A stretch of 17,871 bases of DNA, taken from contig VGLH01000086.1 of assembly GCA_016866785.1 (NCBI GenBank), positions 1-17,871 on the forward strand, written 5' to 3'. The notes under the pieces are model-generated. The model saw only the letters and a program-made list of their open reading frames with translations, made no database searches and was not told where the DNA came from. The stretch comes from Candidatus Poribacteria bacterium. Lineage in GTDB: Bacteria; Poribacteria; WGA-4E; GCA-2687025. A program made the position numbers and the translations under genes. This document shows positions 1 to 8,070 of this stretch, piece by piece. How positions within the stretch are numbered: the stretch's first letter is position 1; the number at the start of each line of letters is the position of its first letter.

Positions 1-22
1 ACACTGGGGTCCTAGCGGTCTA

Positions 23-226
23 GTGGGTAGAAACCCCCCGGAAGAGGCTTTGCGCGATATAAGGGCATCTGCCGACCTGCCCGACCCCTTGGGGCGGGCG
101 GCGTTCGACGCTTCCATTGTGCATCCAACCGACGAAGAAGTTGCGGAGGCTGCAACCTTGTTTTCCGGTTCTCTCACCGACGCGGACGCCCTTGTTGAGG
201 AGGCTCGGGCATGGCGGATGACCTGA
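23..226 (+). CDS. hypothetical protein; may be the C-terminal part of a gene starting upstream of the window
   Basis: Frame-2 ORF with a GTG at 23. The frame is open back to base 2, so it may continue upstream. GC3 is moderate and rare codons (ata, aga) are present. No recognisable motif. Confidence 0.25.
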   Translation: MGRNPPEEALRDIRASADLPDPLGRAAFDASIVHPTDEEVAEAATLFSGSLTDADALVEEARAWRMT

Positions 227-317
227 TCGGCGTTCTGGCGGCGGACGGCTCCGCCCGAGGGGCAAGGAGTTCGCTGGAGGATGCCCCTTCTGCGTCGCCG
301 GCAACGACCGTTTCCTA

Positions 318-1403
318 GTGGACGCGGCGCGCGGGTTATGGTGGCGTCGCCGCGGCCGGCGCGGCGGCGGCGTCCTCGGCTATATGATGCAGCGACACGG
401 GATCGGCGCGACGGAAGCGCGGCGGCGACTCGGCATGTCGTTGAGCCCGATCCGACCGATCCGACCAGCGACGCCGGAGCCGCCATGCCCGCCTTGCGAG
501 GAGTGGCAGGTCGCCGCGAAGCAGTTCGTGGACGCGGCGGTGGCGAGGCTTTGGGACGGGGACGACATGCGTCCGCGAGACTACTTGTTGGAGCGGGGGT
601 TCGCGGGCGACACGATCCGCGCGGCGAGGCTCGGTCTGAACCCCGTGGATCGCCGTGAACCCCGGCCGCCCTGGATGGGGCCGGGCGCTACGGTCTGGCT
701 TCCGCGCGGAATCACAATCCCGGTTGCCGTGGGTGGCGTGCTCTGGGCGGTTTTGATTCGCCGCGCGGCGGGCGAGCCGAAGTACGTCACAGTCACGGGC
801 TCCCGTCTCGCGCCGCGCGGGGTCGACTGTGTGGAGTCCTGCAGGCCGGCGCTGCTCGTCGAGGGGGTCTTTGACCAGTTGGCGGTCGGGCAGGCGGCGG
901 GCGACCTCGTGACGCCCGTGGCGGTGCTCGGTGCGGGGGTGTGCCTGCGCCCGGTCTGGACAGCGCGCCTGCTCCGCGCCCCGGCGATTCTGTTGGCGTT
1001 CGACGCGGACGAAGCCGGCGAACTCGCGGCGGCGCGGTGGCGGCGGGTCCTGAGGCACGGCGCCTCGGAACCCACCGTCACGCAGAACGACCATTTCCTG
1101 CCGAAGCGCTACTTGCCGCCGCAGGCTTTCTTGCCGCCGCAAGCCTTCTTTCCGCCACAGGCGTCCTTAGCTCCACACGCCTTCTTGCCTCCGCAGCCGC
1201 ACGCGCCCATCGCCATCGCGCCGCCCTTGACGCCCGTACCAGCGGTCACGTCGAAGGTGACTTCCACGTCGTCGGCGACTCTCAGGAGCAACATCTGCGG
1301 GCGTTTAATCCCGTGGTCGCTGAGCTTGACTACGAACGAACCGGTGACGCGCAGCAGGTTGCCGTCGCGAATCATTGAGGTCTCGGGCGACTCCTCGATG
1401 TAG
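318..1403 (+). CDS. Toprim-domain / DnaG-like primase C-terminal-type protein (phage or plasmid-like), without a zinc finger
   Basis: The translation has a primase linker-like 'YLLERGFAGDTIRAARLGLNP'. It has a Toprim acidic motif 'ALLVEGVFDQLAV' (ExxxD) and 'AILLAFDADEAGELAA' (DxD). An HTH-like 'GIGATEARRRLGMS' lies near the N-terminus. GC3 is high through ~1100. The GTG start at 318 is uncertain; an in-frame ATG at 384 is an alternative. The 3' ~300 nt (1109..1403) overlaps the YceI gene in antisense and reads as a low-complexity PPQAFL repeat. The true end is therefore ambiguous. Confidence 0.5.
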   Translation: MDAARGLWWRRRGRRGGGVLGYMMQRHGIGATEARRRLGMSLSPIRPIRPATPEPPCPPCEEWQVAAKQFVDAAVARLWDGDDMRPRDYLLERGFAGDTIRAARLGLNPVDRREPRPPWMGPGATVWLPRGITIPVAVGGVLWAVLIRRAAGEPKYVTVTGSRLAPRGVDCVESCRPALLVEGVFDQLAVGQAAGDLVTPVAVLGAGVCLRPVWTARLLRAPAILLAFDADEAGELAAARWRRVLRHGASEPTVTQNDHFLPKRYLPPQAFLPPQAFFPPQASLAPHAFLPPQPHAPIAIAPPLTPVPAVTSKVTSTSSATLRSNICGRLIPWSLSLTTNEPVTRSRLPSRIIEVSGDSSM

Positions 1404-1918
1404 GTGGCGGTCACATCCGTCAGGCGGACCTCCCGCTTTACGCCACGAACCTCGAACGTCCCCACCAACGTCAGGCGAGTCGGCACGCTAGGTTGAAGGG
1501 ATTTCACGTTTCGCGCGCTCCCTCTGCCCTGGGCATCTCTGTCGATGACCTGAGCCTGCTCGATCTTGGTCAGCGTGAGCGCGGCTTTGGGGAACCTCTG
1601 TGCGTGAAGGAACTCCTCGCTGCGCATATGGTTGTCGCGCATGGAGATACCGGTGTCTACGGAGTCCAGATCCACCTCGACCTGCGCCGCGACCTTGCCC
1701 TTCGTCAGGTCGTTGAGGTCTTCGATCATGATGGAGCCACGAACCTTGCTCGCTTTGCCGGTGATCTTCTCCATTGCCGCCTTCGAGACGAACATGACCT
1801 CGTCCCGCCCATCCTCGTGCATGTTGAACGTCATCGGCTCAGCGATGGCGACGGTTCCTACGGCGAAGAGCACAGCCGCCAGGGTAAGAACCGACCAAAC
1901 ATGCGAAGTGCGTGTCAT
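1109..1918 (-). CDS. YceI-like (polyisoprenoid-binding family) secreted protein with a C-terminal Cys/Gly/Lys-rich repeat tail
   Basis: The ATG at 1918 is preceded by 'GGGAAGGGAAG'. The N-terminus 'MTRTSHVWSVLTLAAVLFAVGTVAIAEP' is a signal peptide or TM helix. A full YceI-like beta-barrel domain runs through '...TGSFVVKLSDHGIK...VEVTFDVTA'. The tail 'GACGCGGKKACGAKDACGGKKACGGKKACGGK' follows. The minus frame keeps high GC3 through the tail. Confidence 0.8.
   Translation of the reverse strand: MTRTSHVWSVLTLAAVLFAVGTVAIAEPMTFNMHEDGRDEVMFVSKAAMEKITGKASKVRGSIMIEDLNDLTKGKVAAQVEVDLDSVDTGISMRDNHMRSEEFLHAQRFPKAALTLTKIEQAQVIDRDAQGRGSARNVKSLQPSVPTRLTLVGTFEVRGVKREVRLTDVTATYIEESPETSMIRDGNLLRVTGSFVVKLSDHGIKRPQMLLLRVADDVEVTFDVTAGTGVKGGAMAMGACGCGGKKACGAKDACGGKKACGGKKACGGK
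1112..1201. repeat. about five degenerate 18-bp tandem repeats (cttgccgccgcaggcttt-like) encoding (K-K-A-C-G-G)n on the minus strand
   Basis: Units start at 1112, 1130, 1148, 1166 and 1184, decaying in identity toward 1201. They are read directly from the sequence. Confidence 0.7.
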
Positions 1919-2110
1919 ACAGCTTCCCTTCCCTGCCTTTGCGATGGGTGTGGTCTGCGCATCCGACATGGTGCGCCGTTGTCAGCGGACCGCCGAGCCA
2001 GGCGACGTCGTCGCTCCCTGTCGCTCGGTCGCAACAATCGACAGAGACCGAGGCGTAAAGGTATCGCTGAGACGACAATGGTATCGAGTGCAGGAAGGGG
2101 TTCAGTACCG

Positions 2111-3658
2111 CTAACGAGTGCGTGGCGGAGCTTCGTCGCCCCGGAGCTTCAGCCTGTCTGTCAGCTCTTGGGCGAGGCTGGCGTTCTCTGTAGCACTGGC
2201 GACTTGCGCCAACCGCGACAGCCGCAAGAAGCCGCTGCCCCAGCCATCGAAGCCCGTCTGCGCGCCAACGGTTTCGGCGACTCGCTGAAGCGACAGAGCG
2301 CCCGCGTACCGTGCCATGGGATCCGTTGCGGCGAGCGCGAGCATCGCATCGAGCTCGCCCATGAGCGATGTGGCGTCCGGGTCATCGGCAGATTCGGTCG
2401 CGGTGCGAGCCCGGTCGGCAGCACTGCGGGCTTCATCGAGGCGGTTCTCGAGCGCGTACGATTCCGCCTCGTAGATGGCGCCGATCGCGGCAGCAATGGG
2501 CCCGCTCCGACTGGCGAACACGCGAGCCGAACGGCGGGCATCGTCGTACCGACCCAGGTGGATCAGCAGTTCGATGTAGGCTGGGTGCGCCTCCAGCTCC
2601 GAGCCCGTGTGCACGCCGCGCGTCTCGAAAGCCTCGCGCAGCGTCCGCTCGGAGTCTGCCATCCGTCCGACGCGGGCATAGGCGAGCCCCAGCAGGTAGA
2701 GGTTGTGGAGCTGATGCCACTCGATCCGGGCTGGGATGCCTTCGCGAGCGACGTACGAACGGGCGAGGGTGTCTGCTCGCTCGAACTGGGCGATCGCCTC
2801 GTCCCACCTGCCGACACGCGGAAGGACATGTCCATACATGTGCTGTGCGTGGGGAGCAGCGCTCGCGTTGCTGGCGTACGCCGCCGCCTCGCTCGCAGCA
2901 CGGCCGTAGTGTTGCAGGTTCTCCCACGCGTGAACCAGGTAGTGGCGGGCCCCGACATGATCGGGATCATATCTCAGTGCGGTCTCGTAGTAGGGCACGG
3001 ACTCGATCGAGCCGAGTTGACCGCGGCTTGTCGGGCTGCCCTCCTGCGCCACGCCTCGCGCAACCCACACTTCCGCATCGTCCGGATACTTGGCGAGGAG
3101 ATCGTCGAGGGACGTGATGTAATCCTCGTGCAGACGGTCGCGCTCGTCGCCTTCCGCGCCCATCGCCTCCCAGCGGGTGAGTATCGCCTCGACATTGAGA
3201 CGTTCACGCTCGCTGGCGCTCGGCGCCAGGCCACGGGCGACGCCGAAGTGCCCGTCAGCCTTTCCCATCAGGTCCAGCTCCGCGTACGCCAACCCCAGGT
3301 GCGCTTCCGCGAGTGCTATCTGAGGATCGAGCACGAGCGCCTGGCGGAACGAGCGAGCAGCCTCAAGCCAGAAGTAGCTGTGCATCCACGCGAGCCCTTG
3401 GTCGTAGAACGCCTGCGCCTGCGGCACAGCCGTCGTCACAGCTTGATGAGCGTGTCCCGCGCCGTCGATGAGGCTGGTAGGACTCTCAGTGAAGACGCCG
3501 ACAACAGCCAGCCAGACGTCAGCACTTTCCGCCTCCGTATCCGATGTCGTACCCGCTTCATGTGCCTGGACGCTGCTAGCCCACGACGCGCACTGGAGCG
3601 CCAAAGCGAGCGTGCCACAGAACCGCCACGCTTTGTCGCAAGGCTGGCGACGAAGCAC
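2111..3658 (-). CDS. secreted tetratricopeptide-repeat (TPR) protein
   Basis: The ORF is open to 3850, but a GTG at 3658 gives a clean signal peptide 'VLRRQPCDKAWRFCGTLALALQCASWASSVQA|HEA'. That start also avoids overlap with the upstream sigma gene, which stops at 3723. ATGs at 3751 and 3748 are alternatives. The body has many TPR-like helical repeats (e.g. 'AEAHLGLAYAELDLMGKADGHF', 'YYETALRYDPDHVGARHYLVHAW', 'LYLLGLAYARVGRMADSERTLREAF'). Confidence 0.7.
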   Translation of the reverse strand: MLRRQPCDKAWRFCGTLALALQCASWASSVQAHEAGTTSDTEAESADVWLAVVGVFTESPTSLIDGAGHAHQAVTTAVPQAQAFYDQGLAWMHSYFWLEAARSFRQALVLDPQIALAEAHLGLAYAELDLMGKADGHFGVARGLAPSASERERLNVEAILTRWEAMGAEGDERDRLHEDYITSLDDLLAKYPDDAEVWVARGVAQEGSPTSRGQLGSIESVPYYETALRYDPDHVGARHYLVHAWENLQHYGRAASEAAAYASNASAAPHAQHMYGHVLPRVGRWDEAIAQFERADTLARSYVAREGIPARIEWHQLHNLYLLGLAYARVGRMADSERTLREAFETRGVHTGSELEAHPAYIELLIHLGRYDDARRSARVFASRSGPIAAAIGAIYEAESYALENRLDEARSAADRARTATESADDPDATSLMGELDAMLALAATDPMARYAGALSLQRVAETVGAQTGFDGWGSGFLRLSRLAQVASATENASLAQELTDRLKLRGDEAPPRTR

Positions 3659-3722
3659 GCGTGTGTGGGTCCTATCGGGGGTACATGGCTCTGTCAGAGC
3701 CGTTGCCAGGCGGGTATCCAGG

Positions 3723-4679
3723 TTAGAGCACGAACCGAGCCGCCACATCATCGGGTGGGTCCATCTCCGTTGGTGTAGGAACGGATGAGATCGACTGCGC
3801 TTCCATGATCCAGTACGCGCGGCTGATTCGAGCCGCTGAACGCCACACATCCCGCACGACTTCGAGAATCACCACGCCTGTCCGCGCGAGCTTACCGTCA
3901 GGCGTCGGATGGTAACAGGCTGCTCCCAGACTCCCGTTGAGACGAACTCCTACGAACAGCCGAGGTGGCATCTGCCTCAACTCTTCGTGGAACTCGCGGA
4001 TGTCCGTCGACGACGACAGCCGCCGAGACGGGAAGACGTATACCTCGGCATCGTCACGGTACAGCGCCATGCAGGAGGCAATGTCGCCCTCCACCTGCGT
4101 TTCGGCGAACCGTTGCATGACGCGCTCAGCGTCCGGGTGTCCGGGTGGAACCGCCCGGCCTGACCGCTTCCGTGCGTTCAGATGCTTCCGTGCCCGCGAG
4201 TGCGCGTTCTTCACGGCAGCCCGCTCCGTGCCCAACGCCTCGGCTGACTGGGTTACCGACCAGCCCAGCACGTCGCGTAGGACCACGACCAGCCGCTGCA
4301 ACGGCGACAACTCCTGAAGAACGCACAGGAACGAGTACTCCATGCTCTCCCGGACGCTCTGTTCGTTGCGTTCGGCCGCCACGGCGGCCACGAACTCGTC
4401 GGTCGTTGCCAGAGGGTCAGGGAGCGCGACCTCGCGCTGCCTCCTCGCAGCCGTCAAGAAGTTGTACGATGTGTTCGCCGCGATGCGGTGGAGCCACGTC
4501 CGGAAAGACGACCGCCCCTCGAACCGCTCATAGGACTGGGTCGCACGCAGGAACGTTTCCTGCGTCAGGTCCTCGGCGTCCTCGATAGAACCCGTCAGCC
4601 GGTAGCAGAGGGCGAAAACCGATCGTCGCTGCGCCTCGAGCATGTCGGCGAGCTGCATCGCTGGGGTTTGGTTCGTCAT
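3723..4679 (-). CDS. ECF-family RNA polymerase sigma factor with a fused C-terminal SnoaL/NTF2-like domain (ECF56/SigG-like architecture)
   Basis: The ATG at 4679 has GGAG upstream. Sigma-70 region 2 is 'DAEDLTQETFLRATQSYERFEGRSSFRTWLHRIAANTSYNFL'. Region 4 is 'LSPLQRLVVVLRDVLGWSVTQSAEALGTERAAVKNAHSRARKHL'. About 140 aa of SnoaL-like extension follow ('VMQRFAETQVEGDIASCMALYRDDAEVYVFP...'). The ECF41 'YVGPWLPEP' motif is absent. Confidence 0.85.
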   Translation of the reverse strand: MTNQTPAMQLADMLEAQRRSVFALCYRLTGSIEDAEDLTQETFLRATQSYERFEGRSSFRTWLHRIAANTSYNFLTAARRQREVALPDPLATTDEFVAAVAAERNEQSVRESMEYSFLCVLQELSPLQRLVVVLRDVLGWSVTQSAEALGTERAAVKNAHSRARKHLNARKRSGRAVPPGHPDAERVMQRFAETQVEGDIASCMALYRDDAEVYVFPSRRLSSSTDIREFHEELRQMPPRLFVGVRLNGSLGAACYHPTPDGKLARTGVVILEVVRDVWRSAARISRAYWIMEAQSISSVPTPTEMDPPDDVAARFVL

Positions 4680-4956
4680 GGCGCTAGGCTCCGGCGTCCG
4701 CCGGCATCGGATCGATCTCGATCGAGGGTCCCGCAACGGACCATGGCTACGGGGCCTCCCAGCGATACCTTCGCTGCCCTAACGGTGTCTACAGTGGCTG
4801 AAGCCATCCTGGCTGATTCATACTGGCATATCCACAGGCGCTTGGACAAGCCGGGCCCAGAAACGGGAGTCCGGCAGACTGGCACGCTGCGCCATCGGTA
4901 CTGCGGCGAGCACCGATTGCGGCGAATACGGGTTTGGACATGGAGGAGGATGGGAC

Positions 4957-5622
4957 GTGGCGAACATCGGGCGCATTCGGCGTCGCTGGCGCGGAATCAC
5001 GGCACTGGCGGCCGCAGGAGCACTGCTCTTGGTGGGCGCAGGATGCAGCCAGGACGGCGCCTGGCGACCGGAGACCACCCTAGACGACCGGGACGTAACC
5101 GGCATTGTCGGGTCCGTCGAACCAGCGGAGCCCGGGATCGGTGTGCTGGCGATTCGCAATGGCGTGGACAGCGCCGTCGCGCTCACAGACGAGTCCGGGC
5201 GGTTCCGCCTGGCAGGGCTCCTGCCGGGCGAATACGGCTTGGTCGCGACAGGCGCAGGCTACTTCATCGACACCTCTGTCCGGACGCTTCGAGTCGCTGA
5301 AGGGCAGGAGACCATCGCCCCGCCGATCACGATGCGAGCCCTTACCGCCTCCGCAACGCTCCGCGGCACCGTGACGAATGCCGCCGGCGCGCCGTTTGCG
5401 GGCGTTCGAATCGCCGTCATATGCCGCAGCGCCGTCTGCGCCCCGCTGAGCGCCCTCACCAACGACGGCGGCGAGTGGCAGGTCGATGTCTGGTCGGAAC
5501 TGAGCACGACGCTGGTCTACACGTTCGACGGATTTCGGACCGAGAGCAGCTCGGTTCCCGCCCTCGCGCCGGGCAGGCGTGGAATCGTGCCGCGAGTCGT
5601 TCTCATCGCGGCAGGTCGCTGA
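4957..5622 (+). CDS. secreted or lipoprotein-like protein with carboxypeptidase-regulatory-like (Ig-like beta-sandwich) repeats
   Basis: The GTG at 4957 is 6 nt downstream of GGAGGAGGA. The signal peptide 'RRRWRGITALAAAGALLLVGAGCSQDG' may contain a lipobox-like VGAGC. Motifs 'LRGTVTNAAGAPFAGVRIAV' and 'DESGRFRLAGLLPGEYGLVA' are typical of CarbopepD_reg-like domains. Confidence 0.65.
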   Translation: MANIGRIRRRWRGITALAAAGALLLVGAGCSQDGAWRPETTLDDRDVTGIVGSVEPAEPGIGVLAIRNGVDSAVALTDESGRFRLAGLLPGEYGLVATGAGYFIDTSVRTLRVAEGQETIAPPITMRALTASATLRGTVTNAAGAPFAGVRIAVICRSAVCAPLSALTNDGGEWQVDVWSELSTTLVYTFDGFRTESSSVPALAPGRRGIVPRVVLIAAGR

Positions 5623-5763
5623 GCCAGCCGAAGCGCACGGACGGATCGCAGACGAAGCGTTCTAGGCGGGGAGGTATCCCATTCCAGAGCTCGACGTCAG
5701 CGGATGCGCTTGCGGACTTGCGGGAAGACCGTGAATCCAGCATGATGGGCGTCGGAGGCTCTG

Positions 5764-7584
5764 ATGATCCGTCTCTCTCAGCATGTGTACGTCCACTTGG
5801 GTTCCGTCTGTGCCGGGATCGTTCTCGATGGCGACCAAGCACTGCTCATCGACGATGGCGATGGCAGCGTCGAGGAGTCGCTTCGCGAGCTCGGTGTCAC
5901 AACCGTCGATCGAGTCCTCTTTACGCACCACCACCGGGATCAGGCGTCCGGCGTCAACCTTCGCGTCGAATCGGGCACCCGCATCACGGTTCCAGCGACC
6001 GAACTGCCCTGGTTCGAGGACGTCGAATCGTTCTGGAACGACCTCAAGAGGCGATGGCATCTCTACGACGACCACCCCCATCCTTCGGTGCTGGCTGAGT
6101 CCATCCGCGTCGACGCTGTCGTTCAGGGCGGGGACGAACTGGACTGGGGCCCGGCGAAGATACGCGTCCTCGACACTCCTGCCCACACGGACGGCAGCGT
6201 GACCTATGTTGTCGACGTGGACGGGCAACGGATCGCCTTCACGGGCGACCTCATCGCCGGCGAGGGCAAGCTGTGGGATGTCCACAGCATCCAGAAGAAG
6301 GGCGAGACCTCGACGGACTACCACGGCTTCATGGGAGCGCGGAAGGCGCTTCGAGAGAGCCTCGAGCGCGTGCTGTCGGCAGAGCCCGACGTGCTGGTGC
6401 CTTCGCATGGCGAACCCATGTCGGACCCCAGACGCGCCGTGGACGCCCTCAACGCCAACATCGACCGGTGCTACGACCGCTACGTGGCGGGCTCGGCGCT
6501 GCGGTACTACTTCGGTGACATGTTTCGCGCGTTCGAAGGCAAGCCGAACCACATGGCGATGCGACCCGTGTTCGACCCGCCCGCCTTCCTCCGGCATATC
6601 GGGACGACCTGGATCGTCCTGTCGGAAGCCGGCGAAGCGTTCGTGATGGACTGCGGATCGAACCACGTCGTGGAGCACCTCGACACGATGGTGCTAGGAG
6701 GCGAGATTACCGATGTCACCGGTTTCTGGGTGACTCATTATCACGACGACCACGTGGATGCGATCCCATCGTTCCAAGAACGCTTCCCATGTCCGACTTG
6801 GGCGGACGAGCATGTGGCGCAGGTGATCGAAGACCCGACGGCACACCGAATCCCGTGTGTGTCGCCATCGCGGGCGCGCGTTGACCACCGCACCACGGAT
6901 GGCAACTCGTGGCAGTGGAACGAGTTCACGATGACAGCGTACTTCTTCCCAGGGCAGACCTACTACCATGGCGGTCTGCTCGTCGCTGGTCGTGGTGCCC
7001 GGCTGTTCTTCACCGGCGACTCGTTCACGCCGTCGGGAATGGACGACTACTGCGCCGCGAACCGGAACCCTTTGGGGGAGGGCATCGGCTACGATCGCTG
7101 CCTCAGCGTTCTTGACGAGACGAAGCCAACCCACCTGTTCAACTGCCACGTCGGGCCCGCGTGGAACTTCGGCGAGGAGCACATCGAGTTCATGCGGGCG
7201 AATCTCCGAGAGAGGGAGTCGCTCTTCACCCGACTGATCGACTGGGAGCATCCGAACTTCGGTCTGGACCCACATTGGGCGCGATGCTTCCCTTACGAGC
7301 AGAGCGTTCGGCGCGGGGAGTGGTTCACGCTGAGGGCGGATTTCACGAACTACGCCGCTGAGGCTCGCGTCGCGGGTGCACAGCCCGTGCTGCCGTCTTC
7401 ATGGAACCAAGATGCGCGCCCGGGAAGCTGTGCCCTAGCTGCGGGCTCCGACGGAAGCATCGTCTTCCGCCTTCGGGTTCCCGAGAACGCAACTACAGGT
7501 CGCACCGTTGTGCCGATGGATATCACGTTCGGCGGACGGCGTCTGGGACAGATCCGCGAGGCGGTGCTGGTCATCGAGCCATGA
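5764..7584 (+). CDS. tandem (double) metallo-beta-lactamase-fold hydrolase
   Basis: The ATG has GGAGG 6 nt upstream. There are two MBL cores. The first has 'LFTHHHRDQASG' (variant HxHxDQ) with 'LDTPAHTDGSVTYVV' and 'AFTGDLIA'. The second has 'FWVTHYHDDHVDA' (canonical HxHxDH) with 'LFFTGDSFTP'. GC3 is high throughout. Confidence 0.85.
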   Translation: MIRLSQHVYVHLGSVCAGIVLDGDQALLIDDGDGSVEESLRELGVTTVDRVLFTHHHRDQASGVNLRVESGTRITVPATELPWFEDVESFWNDLKRRWHLYDDHPHPSVLAESIRVDAVVQGGDELDWGPAKIRVLDTPAHTDGSVTYVVDVDGQRIAFTGDLIAGEGKLWDVHSIQKKGETSTDYHGFMGARKALRESLERVLSAEPDVLVPSHGEPMSDPRRAVDALNANIDRCYDRYVAGSALRYYFGDMFRAFEGKPNHMAMRPVFDPPAFLRHIGTTWIVLSEAGEAFVMDCGSNHVVEHLDTMVLGGEITDVTGFWVTHYHDDHVDAIPSFQERFPCPTWADEHVAQVIEDPTAHRIPCVSPSRARVDHRTTDGNSWQWNEFTMTAYFFPGQTYYHGGLLVAGRGARLFFTGDSFTPSGMDDYCAANRNPLGEGIGYDRCLSVLDETKPTHLFNCHVGPAWNFGEEHIEFMRANLRERESLFTRLIDWEHPNFGLDPHWARCFPYEQSVRRGEWFTLRADFTNYAAEARVAGAQPVLPSSWNQDARPGSCALAAGSDGSIVFRLRVPENATTGRTVVPMDITFGGRRLGQIREAVLVIEP

Positions 7585-7594
7585 GGAGAACCGC

Positions 7595-8053
7595 ATGATC
7601 CTCGATCGTTTGGCGAACGCTGTCGCGTACTTCGAAGGTCGTTCGCCGTTCGCACGCGGGTTCGACTTCATTCGGACGTTCGATCCATCGGCAGAGGACG
7701 GCATCTATCCGATCGACGGCGACTCCATCTACGCCATTGTGACGACCTACGACACGAAGCCTCGGAACGAGGCGCGCTGCGAGGCACACCGCCGATACGC
7801 CGATATTCAGACGTTGCTGGACGGAGAAGAGCTCTGCGAATGGCATCCCCTTGAAGGGCTCCGTGTGTCCGAGGCGTACGACGACGCGCGCGACGTGCTG
7901 TTCGTGGAGGATCCCCCCATGCCGGCGACGTTCGCGCTGTGTTCGGGCTTGTTTGCGGTGTTCCACCCACAGGACGCCCACAAGCCTAGCTGCGATCTTC
8001 GCGGCCGCACCACGGTGAGGAAGATCGTCGTCAAGGTGCGGCTGGACGGCTAG
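7595..8053 (+). CDS. YhcH/YjgK/YiaL family protein (DUF386; NanQ/TabA/EbgC-like cupin)
   Basis: The ATG at 7595 is 7 nt downstream of GGAG and 10 nt after the MBL gene stop. Family motifs are present: 'YPIDGDSIYAIVTTYDTKPRNEARCEAHRRYADIQTLLDGEE' and 'FAVFHPQDAHKPSC...VRKIVVKV'. They align with E. coli YhcH: 'HDIEGNRLFYLI...YHARYLDIQIVLKGQE' and 'FVVFYPGEVHKP...VRKAVVKM'. Confidence 0.85.
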   Translation: MILDRLANAVAYFEGRSPFARGFDFIRTFDPSAEDGIYPIDGDSIYAIVTTYDTKPRNEARCEAHRRYADIQTLLDGEELCEWHPLEGLRVSEAYDDARDVLFVEDPPMPATFALCSGLFAVFHPQDAHKPSCDLRGRTTVRKIVVKVRLDG

Positions 8054-8070
8054 ACGATACGGGGGCATCG

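Noticed and set aside
281-658. Frame-2 ORF starting at an ATG immediately after a strong GGAGG
   Set aside because: The SD-to-ATG spacing is ~0 nt. The encoded peptide is Arg-rich junk that overlaps the better-supported primase-like frame. It may still hint at a frameshifted or decayed start for that gene.
336-1142. 268-aa and 166-aa minus-strand ORFs opposite the primase-like gene
   Set aside because: They are antisense shadow ORFs. Arg/Pro/Ala-rich composition is typical of an off-frame reading of GC-rich coding DNA.
1919-2110. Possible tRNA or structured RNA in the 190-nt gap (GGGGTTCAGTACC T-loop-like, CTCGGTC...GACCGAG 7-bp inverted repeat, GGTATCG direct repeats)
   Set aside because: No complete cloverleaf can be built and the T-loop is non-canonical (TTCAGTA). 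The inverted repeat has a 15-nt loop and no T-tract. It is more likely ordinary promoter or terminator spacer.
1493-3778. 761-aa plus-strand ORF
   Set aside because: The translation is Arg/Ala-rich nonsense with no motifs. It is exactly antisense to the well-supported TPR and YceI genes. This is a typical spurious antisense ORF in high-GC DNA.
4786-4793. TGTCTACA near the ECF sigma divergent region, resembling the ECF41 -35 element TGTCACA
   Set aside because: There is a one-base insertion relative to the motif and no CGTC-like -10 at the expected 16-nt spacing on either strand. I cannot support it as an ECF promoter without a proper motif search.
4488-5300. 270-aa plus-strand ORF spanning the sigma gene 5' end and the lipoprotein gene
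   Set aside because: It crosses a divergent intergenic region and two well-supported genes in other frames, and has Arg-rich composition.
5662-6678. 338-aa minus-strand ORF
   Set aside because: It is antisense to the double-MBL gene. It has low-complexity sequence, no domain signatures and a poor start context.
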